A DNA stretch of 64,000 nt from Hormiphora californensis (GCA_020137815.1 CM035357.1:6076001-6140000), one strand, 5' to 3'. Positions 30,489-45,539 are shown, counted from the stretch's first letter. The notes: generated by a model not told the origin, from the letters alone. A program made the numbers and translations.

Positions 30489-30676
30489 TTCTGAATAATG
30501 AGTTCAGAGCGGGAGTTGAATGGGGAGGAGAATCGGGGGATGCTGGGTTTGACCGGGAATTGAACCAGGGACCTCCAGAGAGGTCCAGAGAGGTCCCTGG
30601 TTCGATTCCCGGTCGGGCCCGGTGTTTTTCGGTTTTCTTCCCTGTTTGATTCTTGCTCTGAACTCATTATTCAGAA
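30489..30676. repeat. Palindrome of two head-to-head tRNA-like (SINE) halves
   Basis: Inverted arms, each with a B-box-like GGTTC(G/A)ATTCC. Confidence 0.55.
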
Positions 30677-30705
30677 GTTTTCGAAGTTTGTTGACCTAAA
30701 AATTT

Positions 30706-30977
30706 GGGGGGGGGGGGGGGGGGGGGTTCAACCCTAAAAATTTCCATTGATACCCACTTTTTTGGCAAATGGAAATTTTATTTTGGAAATTTTGAATTTT
30801 TAGAAATTTTTGGAAATTTTTAGAATTTTTTTGGAATTTTTAGACAATTTTTAGAATTTTTAGAATTATGTCGTGGAAATTTTTGGAAGTTTTTAGTAAA
30901 TGGAAATTTATGAAATTTTTAGAAGTTTTTAGAAATTTTTAGAAATTTTTAGAAGTTTTTAGAAACTTTTAGAAGTT
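30706..30977. mobile_element. Poly-G-terminated element, TTTAGAA/TTGGAAA repeat variant
   Basis: Same terminus as 28280 and 56400. Confidence 0.5.
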
Positions 30978-31920
30978 ATATAAGCGTCGGTAACCCAATT
31001 CCAAGGTATGACAGTAATCTATGCATGTTTTCGACAGTAAGTTGTACTTATTCTCGCTATATCCCTATCGAGTTTAAAAAAGAGTTTAGTTTCTATATGT
31101 ATGCTAAGACACTGATCTACTACGTATTAAGCATTAGTCATGGTAAAAGGACCCGTCCGAAGGAATATTTAAAAGTAAGTACCAATAGCACCTTATATAG
31201 TACATCAGGTATCTTGTGCATTTGGTAACTTACTTTAAACAGTTTTCCGAGACGTCCGCGTCCTTAGTTGTCCAATGATTTCTGAAGAAATTGTACGGAT
31301 TGCCCAAAAATATATGATATCGATGTCAATTATCTATCATTCATTAGACAATTTTAACCGGTTATCTAAGTTTTCACAGTACACCGTTTCCGGTGGTTAA
31401 AGTGTACTGTGAAATTTTAGACCACTGCAAAAACACTAGTAATTATAAGTAAAATACCGCTGCAGTGGTATGTGAAAAATTAAACACTTTCTAGTCACAC
31501 ACCGCCACAGTGTGAACATTACAAACATTACAAACTGAGTGAACGGGATAGTTAAGTGAAGAGAGATGCAGGAGGGACGAGATGATAGAGAGATGAAGTA
31601 GGCTAGCTCCGAGCGGGATCTTAAGATAGAGCAGTAGCGAGACGTGAGAGCGCGAAGATCGCGAGATGCGCTCTATCTCTCGCTCCGTCGCTCGCGCTCG
31701 AGATTGCTCTCGCGTCGCTACGCCGGATCAGACTTGAGAGAGGCTCGCGAGATAAAGAATTGTTTCTGTGCTAAGATGGACAAAGAAGCATAGAGAGAGG
31801 AAAGCAGTGCAGGACGCTCATTGTGGGTGGCCATCACGTATACATCACGTACCTATAGTTGCAGAGGGGAAGAAAGATAAGGGTTGGGCGTGTGCAGTGT
31901 GCGTCATGTGACTACGCACA

Positions 31921-31923
<3 letters not shown>

Positions 31924-31959
<36 letters not shown>

Positions 31960-32062
31960 CTCTCTCCTCTCTCCTTCTCTCTCTCTCTCTCTCTCTCTCC
32001 CTTCGCTCCTCTCTCCACTCTCTCTCTCTCTCATCTCTCATTCCCCCTCTTTCTCTCTCTTT
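31924..32062. repeat. (CT)n microsatellite
   Basis: Direct reading. Confidence 0.9.
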
Positions 32063-32157
32063 CACTCTCTTATCTCGTTTCACTCAGTTTTTTCACAAAA
32101 TCAATCTAAAAATTAGATACCTGCTTTTACATGCTCTAGCTACCAACAAATGTTAAA

Positions 32158-35100
32158 TAATAATAATAATAATAGACGTGCTTATATTTCCGCGCCCATA
32201 TCCTCCAGGGGCAACAGATCAAGAGATAACTGCTGGCCACTGAAGACAATCAGCGTGGATACAAAGCTAAGGGAAAAAATTTACTCTATCAACCATAATT
32301 GAATAAACTGACTTACAAACGGCTCACATATCGTGGGAAAAAACTGAAGAAAATAACTGACATATTGATAAACTGTCCAAAAAGAATCCTTGTACACAAA
32401 TTCACACTGTTCACACTCTGCCACTCTCGTGCTTCAACCCTCACAAATGCTTAAAATAAAAACCGATACAACTGGTTCCAAACCACCACTGGAGATAAAA
32501 ACTGATACAAGCCTTCAAAAGTACTCTTACGCCATAAGCCTCAGTGAAGAGTCGGGTCTTAAGTCTTGTCTTGAGGAATCAACAGACAGAAGAGATCTGA
32601 TGTCCAAAGGAAGTTTCGTTCCACAGACTGGGTAGAAATACAGAAGGTCGCCTTCTCCCTCAATTTAGAATTGCGTTGACACTTGAGAGTTTTCGGGTAC
32701 TGGAGCCTGAAACTCATCCGGAACAGCATTGGCTCTGGTAAAACGCAAGCTATCCACATCCTCACACGCTGGCACTTTGTCGGTTAGATAATCTGAGCAG
32801 TTCGATGAACGACTTATAAGCGGTAAGCCATTCCTGAACACAATCCTCTGTTCAATAGGAAGGACATGCATTTCCTTCAGGGTAGGGAGCATAATCATCT
32901 TGATGTCCGTGTAGCCCATAGACGAACCGAACACAAGAGTTGAGTGTTTTCTGTAGCTGTTTGATGTGTTTCTTCGGGAGTTCCACAATACAGTATGTTA
33001 CCAGTAGTCCAACCTCGAATAACTAACTGTTTGACAAGGAGGATCTTCATAGACTGGTCCCAAACATGATTGATCTGCCAAAGGTTCCTCAGGATCATAC
33101 CAACCTGTCGCTTGACACTGTTAACCTTGTCGTTCCATAGTGATTGTCTGTCAAGTAGACGCCAAGGGTTTTAGTTTTTACCTGTAGTTCCTTTAAAATC
33201 CACTGGAAAGATTTCCGTGCCTCCTCCAAAAACAATTGAGGGTTCATAGGCTAGCTTCTCTAGATCTCCACTCTTTCCAAGTAACAATAAGCTAAGCTCC
33301 TGTGTTTTGGCCTCATTACACACTCCTCACCACTGCTTCAATCACCATCCAATCCTTCACCTCCTTCAAACAATCCTCAGCTATTACCTTTCACTGCTAG
33401 CCATCCTTCATCATCATGAGGAACCAACTCATATATAACTGTGAGTCATCACATTATTTTTATCCTCAGCCCATACTGTTCAACCAGGTCTTGGAGTTCC
33501 TCCACATAACAGCAGGAACAAGACAGGTCCCAACAGAGAACCCTGTGGGACACCACATACTAGCTTGACAATTCCAGAGGTTTTCCTTCCTCGAACGTTA
33601 AACTCTGTAGCTTCTGCTTTCCAAGGTAGCTCTCAAACCAATTGAGCGCTCGCTCTCCACAGATTCCAAACCGACTATTCACACTTGGACCAGCTTGGTG
33701 TGGTCAACGGTGTCGAATGCGCACTCATCCAGTAAAAGAAGTGCATGACATTTCCTCTATCCCATTTCCTCAAGTAATCCTCAAACATACCGGTTAACAA
33801 GTTTTCACAACTATGTCCAACCCTATATATCATTGCGTTTTGTTTCTGGTTTTTACATTTATCTCTCGGTCGAGAGTGCTCCGACCTTGTCATGATCAAT
33901 ACTACTTTCTCGAGGACCTTCGAGAAAACAGCAGGTGTTACACTCTCGTATTCGCAGCTTGTACGGTCACCTTGAGTATTCTTATCGTAGAAACACTATG
34001 GGCTTGCTGGCGAACGCCTCTGGAACCTCGAACTCCTAATAGATCCATACCACGCGTAGTAATCCACGGGGCGAATTCATGAATACATCCCTTCACCAAC
34101 CAAGTGGGGATGATATCCAGATCACATGTCTTGTCCGGCATATCCTGATAGAGGCCCTTGATATATTCCCCGACACCACCAACCCTCCTCCTCCTCATCC
34201 CTCATTCGCGTCCCTCACGCTCCTCTCCTCCTCCTTCTCCTCTTTTTCCTCAACACTGATGTATCGGATCTATCCACTTTACTACTGAAAAATTCCGCGA
34301 AGTCCTCTGCTACTTTCCATCGATCATTAACCAGATTCCGGTAGGATACTCTCAGCTTTGCCCAGGAGGCTGTTACACTTCCGTTGCAAACCTTTGGGAT
34401 CACCTTTTGACTCCTCTAGATTTTTCTTGTTTAAAAACCATCCTCGCGTCCTTTGTCCACTTTCCAAACTGTCTCTTCAAGTCATTCAACTGGGCTTTCC
34501 GTTCGGAGTCTTGTTCTCTTCCGCCAAGCCCTCTCAGCACGTCTGCGTAGTTTCACAGCACGTCTTTGACACTTTCATCTTCTCCTCCACGGCCTTAACA
34601 CTTCTTCCCTCTTCGCCTCTTTTCTTTTCTTAGTTACAAACAGATTTCTCCACAAGGTTGCCAAGATCCTCTCTCATAGATCTGGAGTTTTCCCTCGGGT
34701 GATCAGCTAACAACAAAAGATCCTCTAGTCCAAGGTTCCGCATGCTTTCCTGAACAGTTTCAGGATCCACGATTTAATAAGTCTCTGTAACATGTCAATT
34801 TGTTGCTTGCTTCGGAAAATCCACATCCTCAGTTTTAGGTGACCAGTCACTCAGAACCATATAATGGTCTGATTCAGTACCATCCTTCAGTATTCACAGA
34901 TCGAAACTTGGTTTTGATATCACTCTGACCGATCACCAGATCAAGCGTTCCACCTCTTGGTGTGGGTCGGCTGACATGGAGTGAGTTGCTCCCAGCCCAA
35001 AAGAATCAAGGAGCTTTAGGAACTTCTCTGCATAAAAGTCAAGAGGTCTTGTACTTGGAAATTGAAATCACCCATCAAGACAGGGGGACCCCGGTCCGCA

Positions 35101-35520
35101 GGTTAACATCAGCTAAGTAGTCCCACAAATTCCTCAAAGAACAAAAGCAGCAGTAAACCGTGCCTTCCAAGTGTAAGGAGGACGATAGATATTACTCAAT
35201 CGAACCATACCTTCACCCACCCGTTCCAATCCTCACTCCTGTACTTGGAAAGACTTGAATGTTTTCCTTGTCGGAGATAATCTCACTCTGACCCCATTTC
35301 TTCTGTACAAAACTCCAATTCCTCTTCCTCCTCCTCTGATCTTCCGCTCTGGGAGAAGAATAAATGTCCCATCCATACTCTCTCTATTTCTTGAACTTTT
35401 TGCTGTGTCTGAGTTCTTGAGATAGGTTTCTTGAACCGACAGATGTCACACTGATTAAATTCCTCCAAGTGTCCAAAACTGCAGCTGTCTGCGTTCATTA
35501 GCGATGGACATTTAGCGTAC
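32158..35520 (-). mobile_element. Degenerate L2/CR1-clade LINE ORF2 (APE endonuclease plus RT) with many frameshifts
   Basis: Remnant motifs GDFN, SDHYMV, KTCDLDIIPTWLVK, GVPQGSLLGP, DDSQLY, LPIEQRIVF. (ATT)n tail at ~32158-32172. Confidence 0.85.
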
Positions 35521-36162
35521 CAATCCGCCATATACCTTTCATTTCAGATCCTCCCATGCCCTCGTCATGTACATGTTTTTTTTTGCTTTGCCTCCTTGGT
35601 TACCTCCAGTAGTTCGTCTCCATCAACCTTCCTCTGGCATTGACTGAATGGACACAGATTGCTGGACGCTGGGTGGATTTGGGCGAACACCATCGCTCTC
35701 GTTACCATGTGTTGGCCATTTAGATCAGTACCCCAAACCCACCCTTTATATAACAAATGTCCTTTTCTGTACTTGTGGATCTGTGCTTCAGCCTTCATTC
35801 CCCGGCTTCATCTTCTTGAAGTCTGTTTAGCTGGATCTGGGTTTCCATTTGGCCGTTAAATAGGACTGGGTTTTCGCTTGTGTAGTTGTTTCCGAAGATT
35901 GCCGGCAGTGCAGAAGAACCCACAAGGGCTTGTCTGAGTAGGTCTTGGCGAGTTTCTTGTACTCCTTTCTTCAGTTTCGGCATCGGAATTTTAATGGGGA
36001 TCAGTTCCTCTGCCGAGGCGGGGTTAGTTTGGGGCGGGTGTAATACGGTATAGGCTCAAAAAGGGGCCAAAATGTCGTGGGCAAGCAAATTCTCCTCCCG
36101 CATATTCTCTCCCTTATTAAACATGATGCATGAGTCCAACGTCTGTGGTCCCCCATTAAGTA

Positions 36163-36432
36163 AGGGCGATTCAAAAAGGGTGGCCAGGGGTAGGGGAAGG
36201 GGGCCAAGTTCGATATCTTAGACAATCATGGGGGAGGGGGGTTTACGCAATTCGGACTGTCCCAGGTTTTGAAGAAAAATTTCACTGATTTACTAGATAT
36301 AAGTGGATGAAACTCGGACAGGGAGGAGGGAGGGGGTCTGACAGATTCAGACAGGCCTGGACAGGGGAGGGAAGGCCGGAAGGGGGTGGGGAATGATAAA
36401 AAATCACGGACGTCATTTTTGAATCGCCCGTA
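36163..36432. mobile_element. Harbinger-like MITE
   Basis: taa-GGGCGATTCAAAAA...TTTTTGAATCGCCC(g)-taa. Confidence 0.55.
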
Positions 36433-38495
36433 AAACAGTTTGTTTACCGTGCTCTCCCTGACACCCACTCCCTCTTCTTCTCCCCCTCCCTCTCCCTATC
36501 ATCCAAACACATGACCTTGCCCCAGTGTACTTTTGGTCTGTCTCAGTTTAAATTTCCCTCCACTGACCACTACTACTACCACTTTTCTTTTCTTTCAGGC
36601 AAACGTTGGCTGTGATAATCTATAAAATGAGTTTTCTGTCTACTTGACATGTCAACAGTTTGTGGTGGAGCTGTAACAATGGAAAAACGTAAAACCCAAG
36701 TGCGGGGTATATTTTTTAATACGAGTGTTATTGACGAATTATTAAGTTATTGAAATTCAAGAAATATAAAATTATTCTGAAGACTGTCGATAATATATTT
36801 CGTTCTCGGAAAGTATGTCTTGTATCGAATTGTTCAGTACAGATGTGCATTTGTGTATTTCGTGAAGTCGGTTGTTTGATAGTTAGTATCGTGTCTGTTT
36901 TGTACTGTTTCCATGTCGTATCCTGTCCTTTTTATTTAGTGGTGGCCACATAATACTAACTAACTTCATATTAGAGTAAGATGATGAGAGCGGAGAGAAT
37001 TGAAGAGTTATGGAGTCCTACAGTTGGAGAGATTTAGAGAGAGAGAGAGAGATGTGTTTGAGATAGAGAGAATCGGAGTGAGAGTGATACCCTAAGATAG
37101 GGTAGCGACTGGCTATTTGGAATGGCAGCTAATTTGAAACACCCCCTCTACAGGCCAGCAGGTGCACCAGATTTGGATTTTTAGACATCAGTGGGCTAGT
37201 CAGAACTCATGCCAAGCCCACTGATGTCTAAAAATCTACGTCTTGGGCACCTGCTGGCCTGTTACAATGCTCTGACCACAGTTCTCGCGGGCTCCGTTGA
37301 GAGAAACGAGAATGGGTCAGGCCAATGCTCTGACAGCTTTCTCTGGTATTCTCCTCTACTGTAGAGGAGGTGTTTAAAATAAGCCGCCATTTCAAATAGC
37401 CAGTCGCTACCCTATATAATGAGAGAATACCAGAGAAAGCTGTCAGAGCATTGGCCTGACCCATTCTCGTTTCTCTCAACGGAGCCCGCGAGAACTGTGG
37501 TCAGAGCATTGGCCTGACAGAGAGAAAGAGGATAATATTTGAGATGATGAATTTTGAAGATATAGGTTCTGTTCGATATTTTTATAACCGTTAGTGGTCC
37601 CCGCCAGCTTCTGTGTTTTTAATTTAAAATCAAAGGGTACAGGCTCTGAACATCTGGAAGTTCCCCCTCCCACAGATGCCGATCTAAGCTCTAACTGTCA
37701 GCTGAGATGGTATTAGGAGTCTAAATGGTAAAATTGAAGCCTATTTTGGGTGGGATGTACATTGCATACGACATAATATCTTCGAGTTCCCACGACTCTC
37801 ACACACATACTAAATAATACATATACATGATATACACACAATTCACACCAACTGGTAGACCCCCTCGGCCCCTCTACTCGCCCAGTTTTCTAGACTCCTT
37901 CGCGCGACAGAAATTGAGCGGGAAACCAGCCGCGCGTGTCGTGGCGTTGTCAAGCGCGCGGCTCACAACTCGCGCGAAGGAGTCTACAAAAACTTGAATC
38001 GCGACCGGGTCAATGGGTTTACCTGTCTGTCTAGACAGACAACAGCTGTTCAATTTGTACAGGTGGGCCAGAAAGTAAAAACATGAGCCACTTGGAAAAT
38101 CCACATCCCTCTCCATTGTACGGATACGGATCCACATTTCATCGTGTTAGTACAGTTGACAGGCTGAAAATTGTTAGGAAAGGGTGACTATCTGTCGATC
38201 TCAATCCTCACGGGGACACTTTTTCTAGTCAATAAACCGTGAAGAGTAGGTCACACTGCTCAAAGAGCTTGGTAGAGCGGCTTAGTATCACCAACCAACC
38301 AACCAACATGTAAAGCAGATTAGATGTACTGTCAACGGGTTATTGTGCGACTCAGGGATCAAATGCCCTTCAGTGCGGAGAATTATTCATTTCATCTCTC
38401 AGACGGTAGAGCTATTATCCATTCCCGTACTGCATGCAGTTCGAGATCTTTGCGTTCTTCTTTCCTCGGCCTCAGACGGTTCATGGTCAGCTCAG

Positions 38496-39049
38496 ATTGT
38501 AAGCGGTTCCACTGCTAATGAGGTACACCGAATCGTGGTCAGCACCCTCGTAGTCGTATCAGTACACATTGCGAGCGGTTCCGTCGCTAATGAGGTACAC
38601 CGAATCGTGAGCAGTGAGCAGTACCGTGTATCGGTTCACATCTCTGTCTCTGTCTCTGTCTCTGTCTCTCTGTCACGTCTCTGTCCTTCTCGTCTCGTCC
38701 GCTGTCTCTTTCTGTCTCTGTCTCTGTCTCTGTCTTGTCCTCGTCTCTTTCTCTGTCTCTGTCTCTGTCTCGTCTCCTGTCTCTTGTCTTCGTCCTGTCT
38801 CTGTCTCTGTCTCTGTCTCTGTCTCTGTCTCCGTCTCTGTCTCTGTCTCTGTCTCTGTCCTCCCCCCCCTGTTTCCCCCTCTGTCTCTGTCTCTGTCGCT
38901 CCCTCTGTCTCTGTCTCCCCCTCTGTCTCTGTCTCTGTCCCTCTCTATGTCTCTACCTCTGTCCCAGTCTCTCTTTCTCTGTCTTTTTAGGATGGAGATA
39001 GCTGAGAGAGACAGAGGGAGAGACAGAGACAGCGAAAGGGGCAGAGACA

Positions 39050-39135
<86 letters not shown>

Positions 39136-39440
39136 AGAGACTGAGACTGAGACAGAGACAGGGAGACAGCGACAGAGACAGAGACAAAGACAGAGACAGA
39201 GACAGAGACAGAGACAGAGACAGAGACAGAGACGAGCGAGACAGAGACATAGACAGAGACAGAGACAGAGACAGAGACAGAGACAGAGACAGAGATGTGA
39301 ACCGATACACGGTACTGCTCACTGCTCACGATTCGGTGTACCTCATTAGCGACGGAACCGCTCGCAATGTGTACTGATACGACTACGAGGGTACTGACCA
39401 CGATTCGGTGTACCTCATTAGCAGTGGAACCGCTTACAAT
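38496..39440. repeat. Inverted ~145-bp arms enclosing (TCTCTG)n then (GA)/(GAGACA)n microsatellites
   Basis: 38496-38641 is the reverse complement of 39295-39440. Confidence 0.85.
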
Positions 39441-40644
39441 GTGAACTGATACGAGGGTACTGCTCAGGATTCGTTCTACCTCATTAAAAGGTCCCTTAAC
39501 TTCCTAGGGTCCCTTAAAGTGTCCCTTAACTTTCTAGTGTCCCTTAAAGGGTCCCTTAACTTTGTGTCGTCGTGAGAGATCATGGCCTGGAAAATGTTTG
39601 TGGGTTCTTTTGCAGTTTATAAGGCCCCCAGCTGTGTACACCTCCCGAGGCACGTCCACACGCACACTTTCCCATTTTAATCAAGCTGGTGTCTACTCAT
39701 AGTTTAAACTGCTGTTATCCACCTATATCGGTATCCTCACTATCCCTAACTTCCATCTCAATGAACAACAACTCTAATCTCTATGAGGAGGTACAAGGAT
39801 ACCTAGGGATGTAGAGTGGGGCAGGGAGGTAATAGTGGGGAAAGCTGACAGAGAACAGGACGGGAGATGAGCCATGAGGTATCACGAAGGCGTGTGTGAT
39901 ACGGAGGGCAAAGCCTGATGGTAAAAGGGGTCGAGGAATAAAGGAGCCCTTACTCATCAATCACCTCATTTTACAGTGTACGTAATCTCTCTCTACCAAC
40001 CCCACAGCGGTGTGAGCACACAAGATCAGAGGACATGATGGAGATATACTGTAGAGATACACAGGGAGTGACTACGAGTGGCAGAAGCTGAGGGGGAAGA
40101 GAGGTTCTGGGGGTACAATGAGGGACGAGGAGCGATGAATTGGACTGGGTAAGAAATAAAGGAGGGGACAGAGTTATTTCGACAATCGACGTATAAGCAA
40201 AAAGAGGAAAGGGCAGGGAGCTGGATGTCCAGAAGTACAGGAACTTGCCATGCTACGCAGTCTGTCTATCGGCACTTAAGCGCCTCGGGCTCGCGTAAGC
40301 TCACACCGGGCCTTCGGCCCGGTGTGAGAGCTGACAGACAAGGAACATGTCAAACAGGAACGATAAAGATTGAATGTTAATACATCTCTCCATGTCATTT
40401 CGACATTTCATGCTCCGTTCCCGCTCCGTTGCCCCTTTGTGCAGTGTCATCCCTGCCCTTGAATGCCCTTCCCTACCCATCTATGTCCTTCTCTGTCCCT
40501 CCATGTCCCTGATCCATGTCCATTCATATTGTTCCATGTCACTCAGCCATTCCCTTCTATATCCAGTGGTGCCCCCTGTCCATAATGGCTCCAATCTCCA
40601 TAATAAGATATGGGGATTTTTATATGTCACATCCATGTCCTTCC

Positions 40645-41378
<734 letters not shown>

Positions 41379-41379
41379 T

Positions 41380-42470
41380 GACAGAGATAAGACAGCTTTC
41401 CATGGCCGTACCCTGTGATCCATCCAACCATATTATGTTACTGGAAGTAGGAGCATGTGCGAGAGAGGGAGAGTTACTGGGTGTGTTACTGTGAGTCTCA
41501 CAGTCTAGTGTGAGACAGTGAGACAGATAGACATAGAGACAGTGAGAGAGTTAGGTAGACAGTAAGTGACACACCTTTCCATGACCGCCCTGTGATCCAA
41601 CCATTATCCAACCATATTAATTATTAATATTATGTTACTGGAAGTAGGAGTATGTGCGAGAGAGGGAGAGTTACTGGGTGTGAAACTGTGAGTCTCACAG
41701 TTTAGTGTGAGACAGTGAGACAGGTCATCCCAGGAACTCGGACCACCGTTTATCGAAACTGGCTCCAACACGCCAGTCAGACAAAGAGTTTTTGTTTGGT
41801 GCTTGATATCCAGGTGTAGGGGGACGGTCGGGATATCACGGAGAAGGGTCCGCTTACTATCGGGTCCTCGATCTCCCTCAGATCACCGGAGACATTCCAC
41901 TCTAGACCATGGAACCGAATGAAAGCTATACAGTGTGCCAGTTTTTTTGCTTCACCTGACAGGTCAGGTATCTCTGCTTGAACCGTGGCGGGAGTACGGT
42001 TAAGCTAATTCGTTTCATTCGGTATCAGCCCACGGTATGTCTTGTGCATTTAGCACTGCATCCAGAGAGAGAGAGAGACAGAGAGAAATATAGAGAAAAT
42101 ATGAGGAGAGGCAGAGAACGTTGGGGCAAGAGATATAGGCATTAGACAGTGAGAAAGTTGACTGTGAGATAGAACACAGTGATAAGTTATCAAGCTTTCC
42201 ATGTCTTCCTTGTGATCCATCCAATCATCCAACCATGTTATGTTTCTGGAAGTAGGAGCGTGTTCGAGAGAGGGATCGAGAGTTACCGGTGGAAACTGTC
42301 AGAGTCAGTGTGAGACGTAGCCAATAAGATGTAAAACATGGAAATGAGACATGAATTGAACACATTTAGAATTGAGACAGAATTCCATGACCGTCCCTGT
42401 AGAGGAAGTCAATGAGTGTGTAACTGTGTGTAGTGAGTCTCACCGTGTGAGACAGTGAGACAGATAGATA
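41380..42470. repeat. Four diverged copies of a short repeat (TTCCATG..CCCTGTGATCCA..CTGGAAGTAGGAG)
   Basis: Copies begin at ~41398, 41577, 42197 and 42382. Confidence 0.6.
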
Positions 42471-42745
42471 GATAGACAGATATAGACAGAAACAGAGAGG
42501 GGATCCCATTAATGGGTTGCCATTCAGTTAGAGTTTCCCCTAAGACAGTGAGACAGCTGTCAGGCCAATCCTAATACAACAGTTCTCGCACTCCTTAATT
42601 GCAAGACATAAAAATTTGTTTTGTTCAAACAGGGCAAATAAAAATAGGGTCAGCTAAATGCTCTGACAGTGAGACAGTGAGTCAGTGCAGTAGGACATTG
42701 ACACATTGAGGCAGAGACAGAGAGGGAGAGTCGGGATAGAGAGAG

Positions 42746-42802
<57 letters not shown>

Positions 42803-42951
42803 AATATGTACATTGTTAAAATTTACTCTTATGTACATTGTTCTACCTTAACTCCGCAGGCCCTCCGGGCCCTCAGATGCAACAGGATCCGGGCCCGGGG
42901 GATTTAACCCTGTTCTCGCATGGGGCCTCACGGCGTTGGTGCGTGTAGTGG

Positions 42952-42997
<46 letters not shown>

Positions 42998-43014
42998 GAA
43001 GAGAGAGAGAGATG

Positions 43015-43053
<39 letters not shown>

Positions 43054-45419
43054 CTACTACTAGCTAATACTCATGTTTAGTGTCAACTCTCGACAACATT
43101 TCATAATGGTGTATGCAGTAACTAGTTGTACATTTCATTGCCTTGCCCCTTGCCGGCGCTTAAAATGATTGGTCGGTCTTTATCTTCCCATTTTCTTCTC
43201 AAGAGAGAAGATACTAGCTAATGCTCATGTGTAGTGTCAACTCTCAACACAAACTGATTCACATTTCATGATTGTCTGTAATACACACTGTAGTGGTACT
43301 TGTATTTTAATCCCTTGGCCCTTGCCGGCGCTTACATTGAGTGGTCGGTCCATATATTCCCATTTCTCTTTCAAGAGAGAACAAATTAAATGGGGCTTCG
43401 AGTGCTTTACACCGCAACCGGAATCGTGTCTCTATCTCATCTAGAACCGAAGATATGCTCATTTGAAATAAATGACAAAAAATTGCTGTGGGGGGTACCC
43501 CAGCAACTGAAAAGCTGAGATTTTTCGAACCCGCGAGATTTAGAGGACCGCGCGTGCATTTTAGGCCCGCGCGCGCCTTTGTATTTGCGCGTGCTTTTGT
43601 ACGCTGATGATTCCAAATCTCGATACCTCCACTGAATGTTTGGGGTAGGACTGTGCACCTCGGTTGCGCGGTGTACAGTCAGTGTAGGACAAAGCCAGCT
43701 GTACTATAACTGCAGCTGCACTACACCAAAACAAGAACCATGTGCCAATAGCTCCTAGATAGTTGCCCCTCCTGGCTAGGAGGCCTAGTTAGTTATAGTT
43801 GTCCGACCCTGTAGCTCACCACGCCCCGCATGACATAACAAGTCCCGCCCTTGATAGTTATAGCTACCCGCCCCTCATAACGTGGGAGCTCCTATAATGT
43901 ATAGACGTAGTTGATAATGATACTCGACCAGGTCCCGTTCCAAAGTAGAGTAATACGAGAGTAATATGCACAGAAGTTGAATTTATTGCCACACTTGGAA
44001 ATTTGTGAATTTCTATCTCTCTCCCACCCTCTCTCTCCTTCCCACCACTATACTTGATCATTCGGTAGTAGTTCTCAATTACACCCCAACCCATCTCAGT
44101 TTACCACTATAACACCTGTACCGTCTATAGCAACTAAGAGCTTTATTTCAGACAGCAGTTATAGTTTACCATACAACACAGTATATTATACACTGTGACA
44201 CTGTGTCACTGTCACACTCCATGCAGTGTCATGAACCCGTCATGACAGCGTATTACAGTTAAACTTCTTAGTTTTGCAGTGGCATATAATCCAGACTTTC
44301 TGGCTCTTCTTATCGAATAGTAATACAATTCAATATATATTTCCATTGACCTTGATAAACAAAGCACCAATCAAGAATCCTTTGTTCTACAGTGCAGCCA
44401 GTCAAGTGTGCATAGCCAAGTGGTAAAGTCAAAACGTGATACAACTTTCGTCTGTCAGCATGTCACACTATCAGAGTGAGCATGACATATTGAGAGTTTT
44501 TTTAAATTCCCCCTTTCTCTCTCTTTCATATGATTCGATTAGAGAACGGGAGACACTTATAACATTCTGTCGACATTCTTTTTGAATTTTCATACTGCCA
44601 GTGTCATCAACAGCATGCATGGAGGCCCTACATACTGCATACCTAGGTTGCATTGTTTCATTTTTGATATTCGATTCCAAATTTGAAATTCTCCTCCTGC
44701 ACTCTGTATGTTATCTGTTATTATTACGATCCAGGGGTCATGTTACTGGGTTAGATAACCGCAGAATAGAATTGGGTGTTTATTGTCTTTGGCACTGCAG
44801 AATATGCAATGCACCCTTGCAGTTCCATACCGCGTTCTCCCAGAAATGTTTGAGATTTGTAAAGTTCAAACTATGTAGTCTGTGTTGTCTGTGTTGTCGG
44901 TACAACTTGCAAGTACCGCCTATGAAAGGAAGGTATACTAATGTACTCTTGATCACTAAGCTCTGTGGCACTGGACAGTGACCCAGTTATTGTTCGACCC
45001 TCTCTCTCGCCACATCCCGGAGGAGAGTTCTGAGTTAGTCGTTAGAACCCAATACTAATGAGTAATGAGCCTATCCTTAATTACATTGCCTGCCCTAGTA
45101 AATCTCTATATTAGATCATCAGGGTCCTCTAAACAATACCAGTTGTATAATATTCAGGGTCACTCATTTGATTACTGACTCAATCAAATGAGTTACGAGC
45201 TTCTGTGAATTAGAGTTTCTGTACAGTAGAGCGCGCGCAGGACCGATGTCTGGTGGCATCGCGCCCTACGTCTTCGACACGAACAGAGCACATGTGTGTG
45301 TCACAATTCTTGGTGCATGGCCCACAAATCGATTGTTATTGTTAGAGCGGATAGAGACGGAGTGCAAGAGAGAGGGTCGGTAAGAGAGAACAATGGGTCA
45401 CAATTTATGTAAAGTTTAC

Positions 45420-45496
45420 CTTTTCCAGAAACCGATCAATCCCTTGAATCAAGTGTGCCCTGCTAGTCGCTGAGTAGGCTGCTTGATAGAACATCT

Positions 45497-45539
<43 letters not shown>

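Noticed and set aside
31168-31239. pre-miRNA-like hairpin
   Set aside because: Imperfect AT-rich stem; cannot be distinguished from the many MITE relics here.
38023-38137. Possible first exon of the sushi gene
   Set aside because: Phase fits, but it is 10 kb away and a poor signal peptide; unsupported.
44873-45030. Minus-strand open frame NSPPGCGER... as the missing SLC4 linker exon
   Set aside because: Only a PPG match; lacks the VLPP..WD motif and a clear donor.
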